From an uncultured delta proteobacterium (GTDB lineage Bacteria; Desulfobacterota; Desulfarculia; JACQYL01; CAWGVV01), in the NCBI GenBank assembly GCA_963826125.1, contig CAWGVV010000002.1, positions 356,613 to 420,612 on the forward strand: DNA of 64,000 nt. Direction: 5' to 3'. The notes beneath the pieces were generated by a model. That model made no database searches. It was not told the origin of the DNA and saw only the letters and a program-made list of their open reading frames with translations. Shown piece after piece: positions 19,072-28,644 of the stretch. Positions within the stretch are counted from its first letter, which is position 1. Each line of letters starts with the position of its first letter. Both the position numbers and the translations under genes were made by a program.

Positions 19072-20260
19072 GCGTGTGGTGGTGGCCCGTCGATTCCAGG
19101 GCACAGGCCGCCGCTTCCACCAGGCGGTACACCTCACGGATCGTTTTCCCGCTTTCCCGCGCCAGACGCCGAACGTCCTCGAATTCGGGATAATGGGCAA
19201 CCGTTCCGTCGGGTCTGGTCACTTCCTTCACGTTCACCGGCCCCAGGGGAGTCCGCACCGGAACGATACGTCTGGGGAGCACACGCCGTGCAATCGTATG
19301 ATACCGTACTCCTATGGTGGTTGTCTCGTAAAAGAGGGTTTCCGCCACCCGGTCCACGTCCTCGGGCTTGCAGAGGACCTGCACGATGGTCCCCGGCCGG
19401 TTCTTTTTCATGTAGACGGGGATGAAGGCCACGTCCAGCACGCCGAGCCCGAAGAGCGTATCCATCAGGGGACCGTACAGTTCCGGGTTCATGTCGTCCA
19501 CGTTGGTTTCGATTACGCTCACCTCCGCCGTCGCATCGCCGCCGGTGCGCCCCAGCACCGCCCGCAGCAGATTGGGCCGGTCGTCCCACACTCGCGATCC
19601 CGCTCCGTAGCCGATTTTTTCCGGCTTCATTTCGGGAAAATCGCCGTAGGACGCGGCGAAGGAGGTAAGCAGCACCGCTGCAGTGGGGGTAACGAGTTCC
19701 CCTCTGGTGGGCACTCCGTACACCGGCACGCCCTTGAGTAGTTCCAGTGTGGCCGGTGCGGGAAGCGGAAGCATGCCGTGGGCGGCTTTTATCATGCCCG
19801 ACCCCATGGGAAGCGGGGAAACCCGCACTTCGTCCGGGGCGAGTTCGTGAAGGGCCAGCACGGAACCCACGATGTCCACGATGGAATCCACCGCCCCCAC
19901 TTCGTGGAAATGGACCTTTTCCGGCGCAATGCCGTGCACCGCGCCCTCGGCTTCCGCCAGCCGGGTGAATACCGCCGTGCTGCGGTGTTTCACGGGTTCC
20001 GGAAGCTCGCTCTCCGCGATCAGCTTCACGATGTCGGGCAAGGTTCGATGGTGGTGATGGCCGTCCTGATCCACGGCCAGCCGCAGCCCCTGGATGCCGC
20101 TGCGCTCTTCGGGCCATGTCCGGATGGAGTATCCGCTCAGGTGCAGGGTATTCAAGCCTTGTTCAATGTGTGCGAGGGGCACTCCCAGGGAGATGAGGGA
20201 GGCCAGGATCATGTCGCCGCCCGCACCGCCGATACAGTCGAAATAGATAATTCGTTTCAC
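19064..20260 (-). CDS. larC: Nickel-pincer cofactor biosynthesis protein LarC (DUF111 family)
   Basis: The N-terminus MKRIIYFDCIGGAGGDMILASLISLGV... is the canonical LarC/DUF111 start, and the 398-aa length fits the family. Confidence 0.8.
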   Translation of the reverse strand: MKRIIYFDCIGGAGGDMILASLISLGVPLAHIEQGLNTLHLSGYSIRTWPEERSGIQGLRLAVDQDGHHHHRTLPDIVKLIAESELPEPVKHRSTAVFTRLAEAEGAVHGIAPEKVHFHEVGAVDSIVDIVGSVLALHELAPDEVRVSPLPMGSGMIKAAHGMLPLPAPATLELLKGVPVYGVPTRGELVTPTAAVLLTSFAASYGDFPEMKPEKIGYGAGSRVWDDRPNLLRAVLGRTGGDATAEVSVIETNVDDMNPELYGPLMDTLFGLGVLDVAFIPVYMKKNRPGTIVQVLCKPEDVDRVAETLFYETTTIGVRYHTIARRVLPRRIVPVRTPLGPVNVKEVTRPDGTVAHYPEFEDVRRLARESGKTIREVYRLVEAAACALESTGHHHTHE

Positions 20261-20427
20261 GCGATTGTTTCCTCATCAGGCGGATGTGACCGGAAAGACG
20301 CTTCGTGCGTCTTCGAAGCCGAAGGGCGAGGGGGACACGCGATGCATGAGAGGCTCTTTCCGCCGGGAGCCGTTCTCCTCGTCGATACGGGGCCATAGTA
20401 GGTGGTAGAAGGAAAAAAATCAAGAAG

Positions 20428-20449
20428 CCCCGGAACGAACGCACCGGGG
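20428..20449 (-). terminator. Possible rho-independent terminator after the response-regulator gene
   Basis: On the minus strand a GC hairpin (ccccgg...ccgggg) is followed after 8 nt by a T7 run. The spacing is non-canonical, hence the low confidence. Confidence 0.3.
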
Positions 20450-20493
20450 CGAGGAACTCCGTTCCGGCGGAGGCGATGCGACGAATTCAGACC

Positions 20494-21669
20494 CTAGCGC
20501 GCGCCGGCGGCGTTTTCCACATTCATCGCCCGCAAAGCCTTCTGCGCCTCGGCATGCCTGGGATTGATGGCGAGGAGGCGTTCCAGGGACTTCTTGGTTT
20601 CCTGACGCAACCCCTGATGGAAATAGGCGATGCTGATGTTGTACAGGATGACCTCGTTGGCGGGGTCCACCATAAGGGCCTTCTGATAGGCCTTGATGGC
20701 GTCCAGGTACCTCTTCTGCTTCCGGAAAGCGATGCCCAGCCGGTTGTAGGTTTCTATCTCGGCCGGGTTCAGGTTGATGGCCTTCTGAAAGGCTTTGGAC
20801 GCCTGATCGTTCAGGTCCGCCGCCAGGAAGGCTTCTCCGGCCTCCCGTGCCAGGTAAGGGTCTTCGGGCGCCTGCTTCAGGGAGGTTTCCAGCGCCAGGA
20901 TGGCTTGGTCCTTCTTGCCCGTGGCCAGCAACGCTTTCCCGAAATTGAGTTGCCGCCGGGGGGCTTCGGGTGATATTTCCACCGCCCGTTTCAGCAGGTC
21001 GGCCATGCGCTCGACGTCGCCTTCCATGCCCGCCAGCTCGGCCAGCCGGTCCATGGCCTGAGCGTACTGCCTGCTCAGGTTTATGGCTTTTTCGAACATT
21101 TCCTTGGCCTTTTCGCGGTTCTGCTGTTCCAGATACACGTCGCCCAGGGCCACGTATACCTTGGCCGTCTTGGGAGAGAGCAGACGAACCTGTTCGAAAA
21201 GGGAGAAGGCCTGTCCGGGGTCGGCGTTTTTCATGGCTTCGAGACCCTGACGGAAAAGCTGTTCGGCCTCGGACGGTTCGTACCGCCTCTTCAGGGCCTC
21301 TTCCATTTTGTCCATCAGCGTCTTCATGATGAAGGGCTTGATGATGTACGCGTCGATTTCCGTTTCCGCGGCCTGGGCAATGGTGCTTTCGTCTATTTCC
21401 CCGGTAAGCATGAGAAACGGTATGTTCGCGAACTTCGGGTCCTTTCGCATCTTCCGCAGCAATTGGATGCCGTTCATGCGGGGCATGTTCCAGTCGCAGA
21501 TGATGAATTCAACCGGGGAAAATTGCAGCTTCTCCCAGGCTCTTTCACCGTCGTCGGCTTCAATGATCGCCTTTTTCACCCCCATGCGGTTGAGCATATT
21601 GCGGATAGTCCGTCGCATGTTCGGAACATCGTCAACGATGAGAAAGGTGAATTCGGTGACTTTTTTCAA
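20494..21669 (-). CDS. Response regulator: CheY-like receiver fused to TPR repeats
   Basis: An N-terminal REC domain (LIVDDVPNMRR...DWNMPRMNG..., with the phospho-acceptor Asp in ICDWNMP) is followed by ~250 aa of TPR-like repeats. Confidence 0.8.
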   Translation of the reverse strand: MKKVTEFTFLIVDDVPNMRRTIRNMLNRMGVKKAIIEADDGERAWEKLQFSPVEFIICDWNMPRMNGIQLLRKMRKDPKFANIPFLMLTGEIDESTIAQAAETEIDAYIIKPFIMKTLMDKMEEALKRRYEPSEAEQLFRQGLEAMKNADPGQAFSLFEQVRLLSPKTAKVYVALGDVYLEQQNREKAKEMFEKAINLSRQYAQAMDRLAELAGMEGDVERMADLLKRAVEISPEAPRRQLNFGKALLATGKKDQAILALETSLKQAPEDPYLAREAGEAFLAADLNDQASKAFQKAINLNPAEIETYNRLGIAFRKQKRYLDAIKAYQKALMVDPANEVILYNISIAYFHQGLRQETKKSLERLLAINPRHAEAQKALRAMNVENAAGAR

Positions 21670-21759
21670 AAGGGCCTCCCGATCACAAAGAACATGGAAC
21701 GTCCAGCGTCGGGCCGAACCTTCCCCTTGGTAATGAGTATGATTGCAATAACATCCGCT

Positions 21760-23040
21760 TCACTCCGTCTCCTCCGGATACCGCTCGGCGGGTAGATAAA
21801 CACTGAAGGTGCTTCCCCAGCCGAGCTGACTCCTGACGACGATCTTCCCTCCATGGCGCTGAACGGCCATTTTGGCCATGGGCAGCCCCAGACCGAAGCC
21901 CCGGATGGTTCCCTGTGGAGCGGGACCCTGGACGTAACTCTGAAAAATCGATTTCTGAAGGTCCTCGGCAATGCCGGGCCCCTCATCCCGGACGTCGATA
22001 ACGTGAAAACGTCCCTCGGTGCGGCCGGTGATTTCCACGGTACCGCCCTCGGGTGAAAACTTTGTCGCGTTGTCGATCAGATTGATTACCGCTCTTTCAA
22101 TGAGAGATTCATCGATCTCGGCCATCATCGGCTGATCGACCCAATGCTGCTCCAACGTGACGTTGTTGACGGCAGCCAGAGGGCGTATTTTTTCTAGCAA
22201 TTTTTGTACCAGCTCGCAAATATCCTGCTGTCTGCTCTGGAACGCGATCTTATGCGCGCTCATTTTCGCCACGTCGAGCAGGTTGGTGACCATGCGCATG
22301 AGATGATCGCATCCGACCAAAGCCGTATCGAGGCATTCCGCACTGGACGGAGACATGGCCTCGTCGCGGATCATGTCCAGGTTGGCCACTACTTCGTTGA
22401 TGGGCGTTTTCAGGTCGTGGACAATCATCTGCACCACTTCCATTTTCCATTCCAAGAGCTGCTTGAGATCGCGGTTCTTCTGGCTGAGCCGTTTCTGGTC
22501 GTCCTTGATGTGGTGCAGAAGACGGGCATTGTTCAGAAAGATACCGAGGGAATCGGCCAATTCGGAGATTTCCTCCTGGTCCTTTTCCGTAAAATACTTC
22601 CCGTCGGATCGATCGGTGAAATTGATGACGGCGATGGTTTTCCCATGAACGGAAACCGGTATGCAGAGGCAGGAATTGCTCCGGTATTCCCCTATGGATT
22701 CGAAACCGGCACTCGCCTCGAGGTCGTTGATGAGCAGCGGTTTGCCGGAACGGAAGGCAACGGCGGCTACCTGGTTCGAGTGAATCGGGATCTTGGCTCC
22801 GAGAATTTTGGCCTGGGGCGAGTACCGGACCCACAAGCTCTTCCCGCCTCTTCCCAATACCGCTATCGAAACCCGTTCCGCGCCCGCGTGGCGCCGGAGA
22901 ATTTCGAGGCATCTGTCGATTTTCTGAGAAAGCGGCAGCCTGCCTTCAGCCAGAATCCGGGCTGCAGTTTCCTGAACGGACAGCTGAACGCACTCCTGTG
23001 GCACGGAAACGTCCTCCATCATTACCATTTTTGTCGTCAT
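21760..23040 (-). CDS. GAF-domain sensor histidine kinase
   Basis: An N-terminal GAF-like region precedes a HisKA H-box (HDLKTPINEV) and a HATPase_c domain (N-box LIDNATKFS, G-boxes DEGPGI and GFGLGL). Confidence 0.8.
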   Translation of the reverse strand: MTTKMVMMEDVSVPQECVQLSVQETAARILAEGRLPLSQKIDRCLEILRRHAGAERVSIAVLGRGGKSLWVRYSPQAKILGAKIPIHSNQVAAVAFRSGKPLLINDLEASAGFESIGEYRSNSCLCIPVSVHGKTIAVINFTDRSDGKYFTEKDQEEISELADSLGIFLNNARLLHHIKDDQKRLSQKNRDLKQLLEWKMEVVQMIVHDLKTPINEVVANLDMIRDEAMSPSSAECLDTALVGCDHLMRMVTNLLDVAKMSAHKIAFQSRQQDICELVQKLLEKIRPLAAVNNVTLEQHWVDQPMMAEIDESLIERAVINLIDNATKFSPEGGTVEITGRTEGRFHVIDVRDEGPGIAEDLQKSIFQSYVQGPAPQGTIRGFGLGLPMAKMAVQRHGGKIVVRSQLGWGSTFSVYLPAERYPEETE

Positions 23041-23235
23041 GGCGGGCAGCCGAAAAGGAGAATCTCGAAGACGCCGTGCTACCGGACCATGACTGTGCCT
23101 GCAGCGTTCACCGCCTTTTCGCTATCATCGGCGCTTCTTCTATTCATTCGGCATATTTACGCAAGACTTTAGCTTTTGGCCCTTCAACGCCGTGCAATCA
23201 GCCCGGACGAGCCAAAATTCTTCCCCGGGAGGGGG

Positions 23236-24003
23236 TCAGCTCGTCCAGAAACCATGGGGGTCGTAGGAACGGATGATACGCAGTTCCTCGGCCGTCGGGG
23301 GTTCCGTCGGACGAAGTTCCGGATCGATACGCAAATCCCATCCGGTGGCCCGCCGCACCTCGTCCGATTCGACTCCGGGATGTATCCGGTGGAGGAAAGC
23401 CTCCCCCGTCTCCTCATGGAATCGAAGCACCCCAAGGGTGGTGATGACCGCGGCCGGGCCGCCGCGGAGCAACCCCGTTTCCCTCCGCCAGCTTCCGCCC
23501 GTGCCGTATCCCGGCGAGGTGACGTAGTCGACCTTTTCCACAAAACGACGCTTTTCATGGGACATGATGACCAGCAGCCTTTGGGAAAGGCAGGCGATGT
23601 CGGCACCGCCGCCGCTGCCCGGCAGACGGACGGTCCTGGCATGTTCCGGCCCGATCCAGGTGGTGTTCAGATTGCCGAACCGGTCGATCTGGGCTCCCCC
23701 GATGAATCCCACGTCGACCGAGCCCTTCTGCAGCAGCCCCATGATTTCCAGCATGGCGCCGCAGCGCAGGGCTCCGGTGACGTTTGGCGGATCGCCCATG
23801 GTCACGATGGGAGCGGCCGCCGGACGATCGCGAATGATGCCGTTTTCATACAGTCCCACGGCCCCGGGAGCATGGGTTTCCTTGGCTAGGCAGAAGGCGA
23901 GCAGGGGGAGCCGCATTCCCACGAACACCACCTCATTGTCGCGGATTTCCCGCGCCGCCACCGCCACCATGATTTCCGCCGGGGTATAGCCGTTCGAGGG
24001 CAT
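23236..24003 (-). CDS. CoA-transferase subunit B (3-oxoacid / glutaconate CoA-transferase family I)
   Basis: The 255-aa ORF shows family I CoA-transferase beta-subunit features, including the active-site Glu context (...SENGxxG-like region: LYENGII). It is paired with the A subunit upstream. Confidence 0.75.
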   Translation of the reverse strand: MPSNGYTPAEIMVAVAAREIRDNEVVFVGMRLPLLAFCLAKETHAPGAVGLYENGIIRDRPAAAPIVTMGDPPNVTGALRCGAMLEIMGLLQKGSVDVGFIGGAQIDRFGNLNTTWIGPEHARTVRLPGSGGGADIACLSQRLLVIMSHEKRRFVEKVDYVTSPGYGTGGSWRRETGLLRGGPAAVITTLGVLRFHEETGEAFLHRIHPGVESDEVRRATGWDLRIDPELRPTEPPTAEELRIIRSYDPHGFWTS

Positions 24004-24109
24004 GATGTGAGTTCCTTATCGGTAGCCGTATGTTTCCGGATTTTCGTAAGCGGGGTTCCCCCCGTTGCAAGGGGAAAATTTCCTTATGCCGTTCGAGACC
24101 CAACTCCTC

Positions 24110-24150
24110 CCGCCTTAAGTCCCCCCCTTCCAAGGGGGGACTTAAGGCGG
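24110..24150. repeat. Perfect 17-bp-arm inverted repeat (ccgccttaagtcccccc / ggggggacttaaggcgg, 7-nt loop) in the A/B CoA-transferase intergenic region
   Basis: Seen directly in the sequence. A second, smaller hairpin (cccc-gttgcaa-gggg) lies at about 24055-24074. No T-run follows on either strand. Confidence 0.6.
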
Positions 24151-24222
24151 GTTTCCCGCTTCTGTCGAGCACCCTGTTCTGCGGCCCGGCTTTTCGGACC
24201 GTCCGAACACCCTTCCCGGGCG

Positions 24223-25146
24223 TCAGTACCCGAATTCCACTGAGGGACCGGGGGCGCTCACGCGTACTTCCAATGCCTTCAGCTCCGCGGGATCGAACAG
24301 GGTCAGGTATTCCCGCCGCGAACCGACCCCGTAGACGAAGCGCCGGAACCATTGGGCACTGTCCCCTTCCGACCGGGTGTTGTCGGCATAATCGAGGTAG
24401 AACGAATCGTGGTGGCCATAGTAGCCCTGAACGGCGGAAGGATGTGCGCCCCAGGGTTCATGGACCACGGCGCACACCTTGAATCCGGGGATGATGGTCC
24501 GGTTGGGGTCGGCCCGTATCGCGTCCGACGGGACCACCTCTTCCACCACGGCCATGACTTTCTCCGCGGCCATGGCGGCTTCCATGGTGACCCCAAAATT
24601 TCCCCAGCACTGGACGTTGCCCTGTGCGTCGGCTTTCTGGGCGTGCACGATGGTAAGGTCGGGATTGAGCGCTTTCACGGCCAGGAGCTTTTGCCCGGTG
24701 AAGGGACAAGGGAACTCTTTGAAACAATCGGGGTTGCGGCCGATGTCCGAACCGAGGAGCGAGCGGGTCACTCCGAAGGGAATTCCCATGGCCCCGGCAT
24801 TGAGGGCGAGGGCCAGCGAAAAATTGGAATGGTCCAGCATGTCGAGGGGTACGGGGACGGATTTCTCCATCGCCCGACGGAAATGATAGCCCACACCGGA
24901 GCTGACGTTCCCCACCCACGCGGCGATGACGCGCCGCACCGCTCCGCCCCCGATCATCTGGTCGAAAAGCATGTCGGAGATGGGCCCGACGAGGGTGAGG
25001 TTTTTTCGGTTCTGGCGGAGGATCTCGTGGCCGGCGGCGAAAGGAATGAATCCTTCCAGTGCGCAGCCCATGGCGATCGTCATGCCGTCGCGCACGTACG
25101 CGCGCACGGCTTCGGACAGAGAAAGGACCTTGGAGTCACCCTGCAT
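24223..25146 (-). CDS. CoA-transferase subunit A (glutaconate CoA-transferase GctA-like)
   Basis: The 307-aa alpha subunit has a Gly-rich CoA-binding region and lies immediately upstream of the B subunit. Confidence 0.75.
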   Translation of the reverse strand: MQGDSKVLSLSEAVRAYVRDGMTIAMGCALEGFIPFAAGHEILRQNRKNLTLVGPISDMLFDQMIGGGAVRRVIAAWVGNVSSGVGYHFRRAMEKSVPVPLDMLDHSNFSLALALNAGAMGIPFGVTRSLLGSDIGRNPDCFKEFPCPFTGQKLLAVKALNPDLTIVHAQKADAQGNVQCWGNFGVTMEAAMAAEKVMAVVEEVVPSDAIRADPNRTIIPGFKVCAVVHEPWGAHPSAVQGYYGHHDSFYLDYADNTRSEGDSAQWFRRFVYGVGSRREYLTLFDPAELKALEVRVSAPGPSVEFGY

Positions 25147-25285
25147 GCCGATACTCCCGCCGAGGAGCCGGGAAAGGGCGTCACGACCGGCGTCGTTTCC
25201 GAAGGAATGGAACCTCTCGAATTATCCCCACCCGCCCCGTGGAACGGGAGGGGGAAAATCGATCGTCTTCCATCGCCGCAGAGCG

Positions 25286-27523
25286 TCAGTCGTGTTTTTC
25301 CCCTACCCCCGTGCGCTTGAGGACCACTTCGTTGTAGGTGCGCAGAATGTCGCCCCGGCTGATGACCCCGACCACCTTGCGGCTGTGCGGAGTCAGCAGA
25401 ACCGGCAGGATGGCGAAGTCTCCGGCGGCCATCCGCTCGAAGGCCGTGAGCAGATCGTCCTCGACGTTGACGCTCTCCACCTTCCTGGTGGCGATGTCGC
25501 CGGTCCGTGACGAGTCTGCCGATTGCGAAGTTTCCGCCCACTTGCGGAAGTCCGAGGCGGAAACGATGCCGTAGAGGTTGCCCCGGTCATCCACCACGGG
25601 AAACGACTGGAACCTGGAGCGGGCCAGTATCTCCCGCAGCCGGCTCAGTTTGGTGTCCTCGCCCACAGACTCCACCTCGTCCTTCATGGCGTATTTGACC
25701 GATATCTGCTTGAGCAGGCTGATCTCCTGCCCGCCCCGGACGCTCACCGTCTCGGCTCCGGATTTGATGCGTTCCACTTCCCGGTTGTAGAACTGTATCA
25801 CGTCATAGCGTCGCAGCATGCCCAGCAGGGTGGTTGGATCGTCGTCCCGAACCACGGGAATGCTGTCGATGTTGCGCATGGTGAACTTCCTGAGCGCGCC
25901 GGACAAGTCTTCGGACGGCGTCAGAACAATGATGTCGGAGCGTGCGACGTCCTTCATCACCACGAGGTCGCCGATATCCTGATTGAAGAGCACTCCCCGC
26001 ACGTCGTTGATGGAGAAGATGCCGGTGAACCTGCCTTCGCGGTTCGCCACCGGGAAGTACTGCTGTTCGGTGGTGGAAAACAACCGTCTGAATTCGCTGA
26101 ACGGCATGTCCTCGGGAATCAGGGGCACCTTACGCACCAGGGGCAGCAGCTCCCGCACCCGGATGTTTTCCAGGATGTCCACGAAAAAGTCACCCGCGTG
26201 GGCCTTGGAATCGAGCTTGGTGGGCACCTGTTTGTCGTAGATCGTATAGCGCCGCGTGAGGAGAAAGGCCAGGGTGCACACCAGCAGGCTCGGCAGCAGC
26301 AGGTGGTAGGAATTGGTCATTTCGCTCACGAAGATGATGGTCGAAATGGGGGTGTTGGAAACGGCGGTGAAAAACCCGGCCATACCGACGATCACGTAGG
26401 CCCCCGGCGCGGTGACGACGCCGGGAAGCAGCCGGTGCGCCGCTTCACCCACAGCGCCGCCCAGGCAGCCCCCGATCACCACCGAAGGTCCGAACACGCC
26501 GCCGCTCCCGCCCGAAGCAATGGAAAAGGAAGTAGTGAAGATCTTCCCCACGGCGATCCCAAGCAGGAGCCAGAAGGGAATCTGGCTCTGCAGGGCGAGC
26601 TGTACGAACCCGTAGCCGAACCCCAGCGCCTGGGGCAGGAAGAAGCCGATGATTCCGGTGCAGAGGCCGCCGACGGCGGGCTTGAGGTGCAGGGGCATGT
26701 GCAGCCCCTTGAACAGGTCGTGGATCCCGTAGAAGGCCTTCACGTAGAGAATCCCGAAGACCACCACGATCCCGGCCAGGAAGGCGTAGGGACCCAGTTC
26801 CAGCGGATTGGTGAAGGTGAAATCCGGGGACTGGAACAGGCTGCCCCAGCCGAACACCAGACAGAACAGGCAGTAGGCCACAACGGAAGAAATACCGGCG
26901 GGAATGATGATTTCGGACTCGAACTCCATCTCCCTGTACATTACTTCGGCCGCAAACAAGGCGCCCGCCAGGGGCGCCCGGAAAATGCTCCCGATGCCGG
27001 CTCCCATGCCCGCGGCCAGCATGATTCTGCGCTCACGGTCGGACAGCTTCAGCTTGGTTGCCAGGAACGAACCGAAGCCGCCGCCGATCTGTGCGATAGG
27101 GCCTTCCCTTCCCCCGCTGCCGCCGGTGGTGAGGGTGAAGGCGGAGGCGATCGTCTTGATGATGGGCACGCGGCCCCGGATGAAGCCGCCTTTCTGATGA
27201 TAGGCGTCGATGGCCGCGTCGGTTCCGTGGCCCTCGGCTTCGGGACAGAAGGTGTAGACCAGAAAACCGCTGACGATCCCGCCGAGCGAGGGGAGGATGA
27301 GCAGAAGCCACCGTCGCAACGGTGTGGCCGCGGCCGGAAAAAGGTGGTGTTCACCCGCCGGTGCCGGGGGGCGGTAGCCCGCCAGCACGTCCATGAAAAA
27401 GTGCGTGCCCACGGTGGTAAGAAGATTGAAAAGAATGGAGCCCGCACCGGCGATGACACCGATGAGGGCAAAATAGATCATCCACTTCCACATGGAAGTG
27501 GATTTTGTGGTGAGGGTTTTCAT
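25286..27523 (-). CDS. ClC-family voltage-gated chloride channel / H+-Cl- antiporter with C-terminal tandem CBS domains
   Basis: ClC selectivity motifs are present (GSGIP-like GGSGGREGP and GKEGP-like GGSGGVFGP, plus the gating Glu context). Two to four CBS modules fill the C-terminal ~300 aa. Confidence 0.85.
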   Translation of the reverse strand: MKTLTTKSTSMWKWMIYFALIGVIAGAGSILFNLLTTVGTHFFMDVLAGYRPPAPAGEHHLFPAAATPLRRWLLLILPSLGGIVSGFLVYTFCPEAEGHGTDAAIDAYHQKGGFIRGRVPIIKTIASAFTLTTGGSGGREGPIAQIGGGFGSFLATKLKLSDRERRIMLAAGMGAGIGSIFRAPLAGALFAAEVMYREMEFESEIIIPAGISSVVAYCLFCLVFGWGSLFQSPDFTFTNPLELGPYAFLAGIVVVFGILYVKAFYGIHDLFKGLHMPLHLKPAVGGLCTGIIGFFLPQALGFGYGFVQLALQSQIPFWLLLGIAVGKIFTTSFSIASGGSGGVFGPSVVIGGCLGGAVGEAAHRLLPGVVTAPGAYVIVGMAGFFTAVSNTPISTIIFVSEMTNSYHLLLPSLLVCTLAFLLTRRYTIYDKQVPTKLDSKAHAGDFFVDILENIRVRELLPLVRKVPLIPEDMPFSEFRRLFSTTEQQYFPVANREGRFTGIFSINDVRGVLFNQDIGDLVVMKDVARSDIIVLTPSEDLSGALRKFTMRNIDSIPVVRDDDPTTLLGMLRRYDVIQFYNREVERIKSGAETVSVRGGQEISLLKQISVKYAMKDEVESVGEDTKLSRLREILARSRFQSFPVVDDRGNLYGIVSASDFRKWAETSQSADSSRTGDIATRKVESVNVEDDLLTAFERMAAGDFAILPVLLTPHSRKVVGVISRGDILRTYNEVVLKRTGVGEKHD

Positions 27524-27597
27524 CGGTCCGTCCCTGATCCCCGGCTGCAGCCGTGTCGTGTGTTTATCGGAAAGCTACGGTGTCGCCACGGGATCCG

Positions 27598-28623
27598 CTA
27601 AGACTGGGGACGCCCCGCCGACTGAGCCGGAGGGGGCGATTGCAGCAACTCCTTCGCTTTTCCGAACGTTCGCTCGAATACCTGTTGCTCCAGACGAAAC
27701 GTTGCCGATCCGTCCTTCAGTGCAACTGCATATTGTCCGTTCGGGAGAGATGAGAGATTCTCTTCGTATGATGTCCCGTCCTGCAGATGTATAACAACCC
27801 GATAGGGCGCCGAGTCAAGTCCGTATTCCTGTTTTTTTGTCGGATCCAGCACGTCATCGCCCCGCAGGAAGGCGAAACCCGCCACCATGTTGCCGATGTC
27901 CTGCGTCGGAATATCCTTTCTTTCGACGGGTTCGGCCATGATCCATTCGTCTTTGGGCTTGGCGCCGACCTCTTCTTCCTTGATCTTTTTGAACACCGCT
28001 TTTTGGCCGTCGGGGAGAAATACGTCGCATTGGACTACCAAATGCCAGTCTCTGAGATCCTTGAGCCGTAAATCGCACCAACGAACGGGATCGATGACGT
28101 TACCCTTGTCCCAGACCTGAAAGGCGGAATTGAGCCTGATGAGAGCGGAATACACGGTGGGATCTCCCGCCTTGCGTACGAAGGTGGTTTCTCCCGTTTC
28201 GCCTTTTTTTCCGAACAGCAGATGAACCACGGGTTTATTGTCCCCGTCGAGCAGTTCGATGTGGACGGCGTCCCTGTCTTCCAGCCAGAAGGTCGACAGA
28301 TTGTCCTCCGTTTTCGTCCTCACCTCTCCCTTGAGGGAACTCATTTCCTTGAGCAGCGTCTTGACGCGTTCCGGATCGGCCGGCACTCCGTATTTGTTCG
28401 CCACCACCCACGTCTCGCCGTTTTTCACCAACCGCAGTTCGCTCTTTTCGGGAGACAGCTTATACGCGTTGACGGCGCGGACCTTCCCCGTGTCGAACGC
28501 GGGAAGTATTTTCACATAGCCGGTCTCCATTCGCGTAATGCGGGACGACTGCAGTTCCAGTACATAAACGGCAACGAGCGCCGCCAGAATGATTGAGTAG
28601 AAAAGAAAATGGCGATTCTTCAA
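27598..28623 (-). CDS. DUF4340-like protein (accessory protein of GldG-type ABC-2 systems)
   Basis: A 341-aa ORF with an N-terminal TM anchor, located immediately downstream of the GldF/GldG-like fusion. Composition and placement are typical of DUF4340. Confidence 0.55.
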   Translation of the reverse strand: MKNRHFLFYSIILAALVAVYVLELQSSRITRMETGYVKILPAFDTGKVRAVNAYKLSPEKSELRLVKNGETWVVANKYGVPADPERVKTLLKEMSSLKGEVRTKTEDNLSTFWLEDRDAVHIELLDGDNKPVVHLLFGKKGETGETTFVRKAGDPTVYSALIRLNSAFQVWDKGNVIDPVRWCDLRLKDLRDWHLVVQCDVFLPDGQKAVFKKIKEEEVGAKPKDEWIMAEPVERKDIPTQDIGNMVAGFAFLRGDDVLDPTKKQEYGLDSAPYRVVIHLQDGTSYEENLSSLPNGQYAVALKDGSATFRLEQQVFERTFGKAKELLQSPPPAQSAGRPQS

Positions 28624-28644
28624 AGGCGAATCCTCCCTGCAATC

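Noticed and set aside
25523-27601. 692-aa plus-strand ORF antisense to the ClC channel gene
   Set aside because: A high-GC antisense artefact. It has no ribosome-binding site and an Arg/Gly/His-rich translation.
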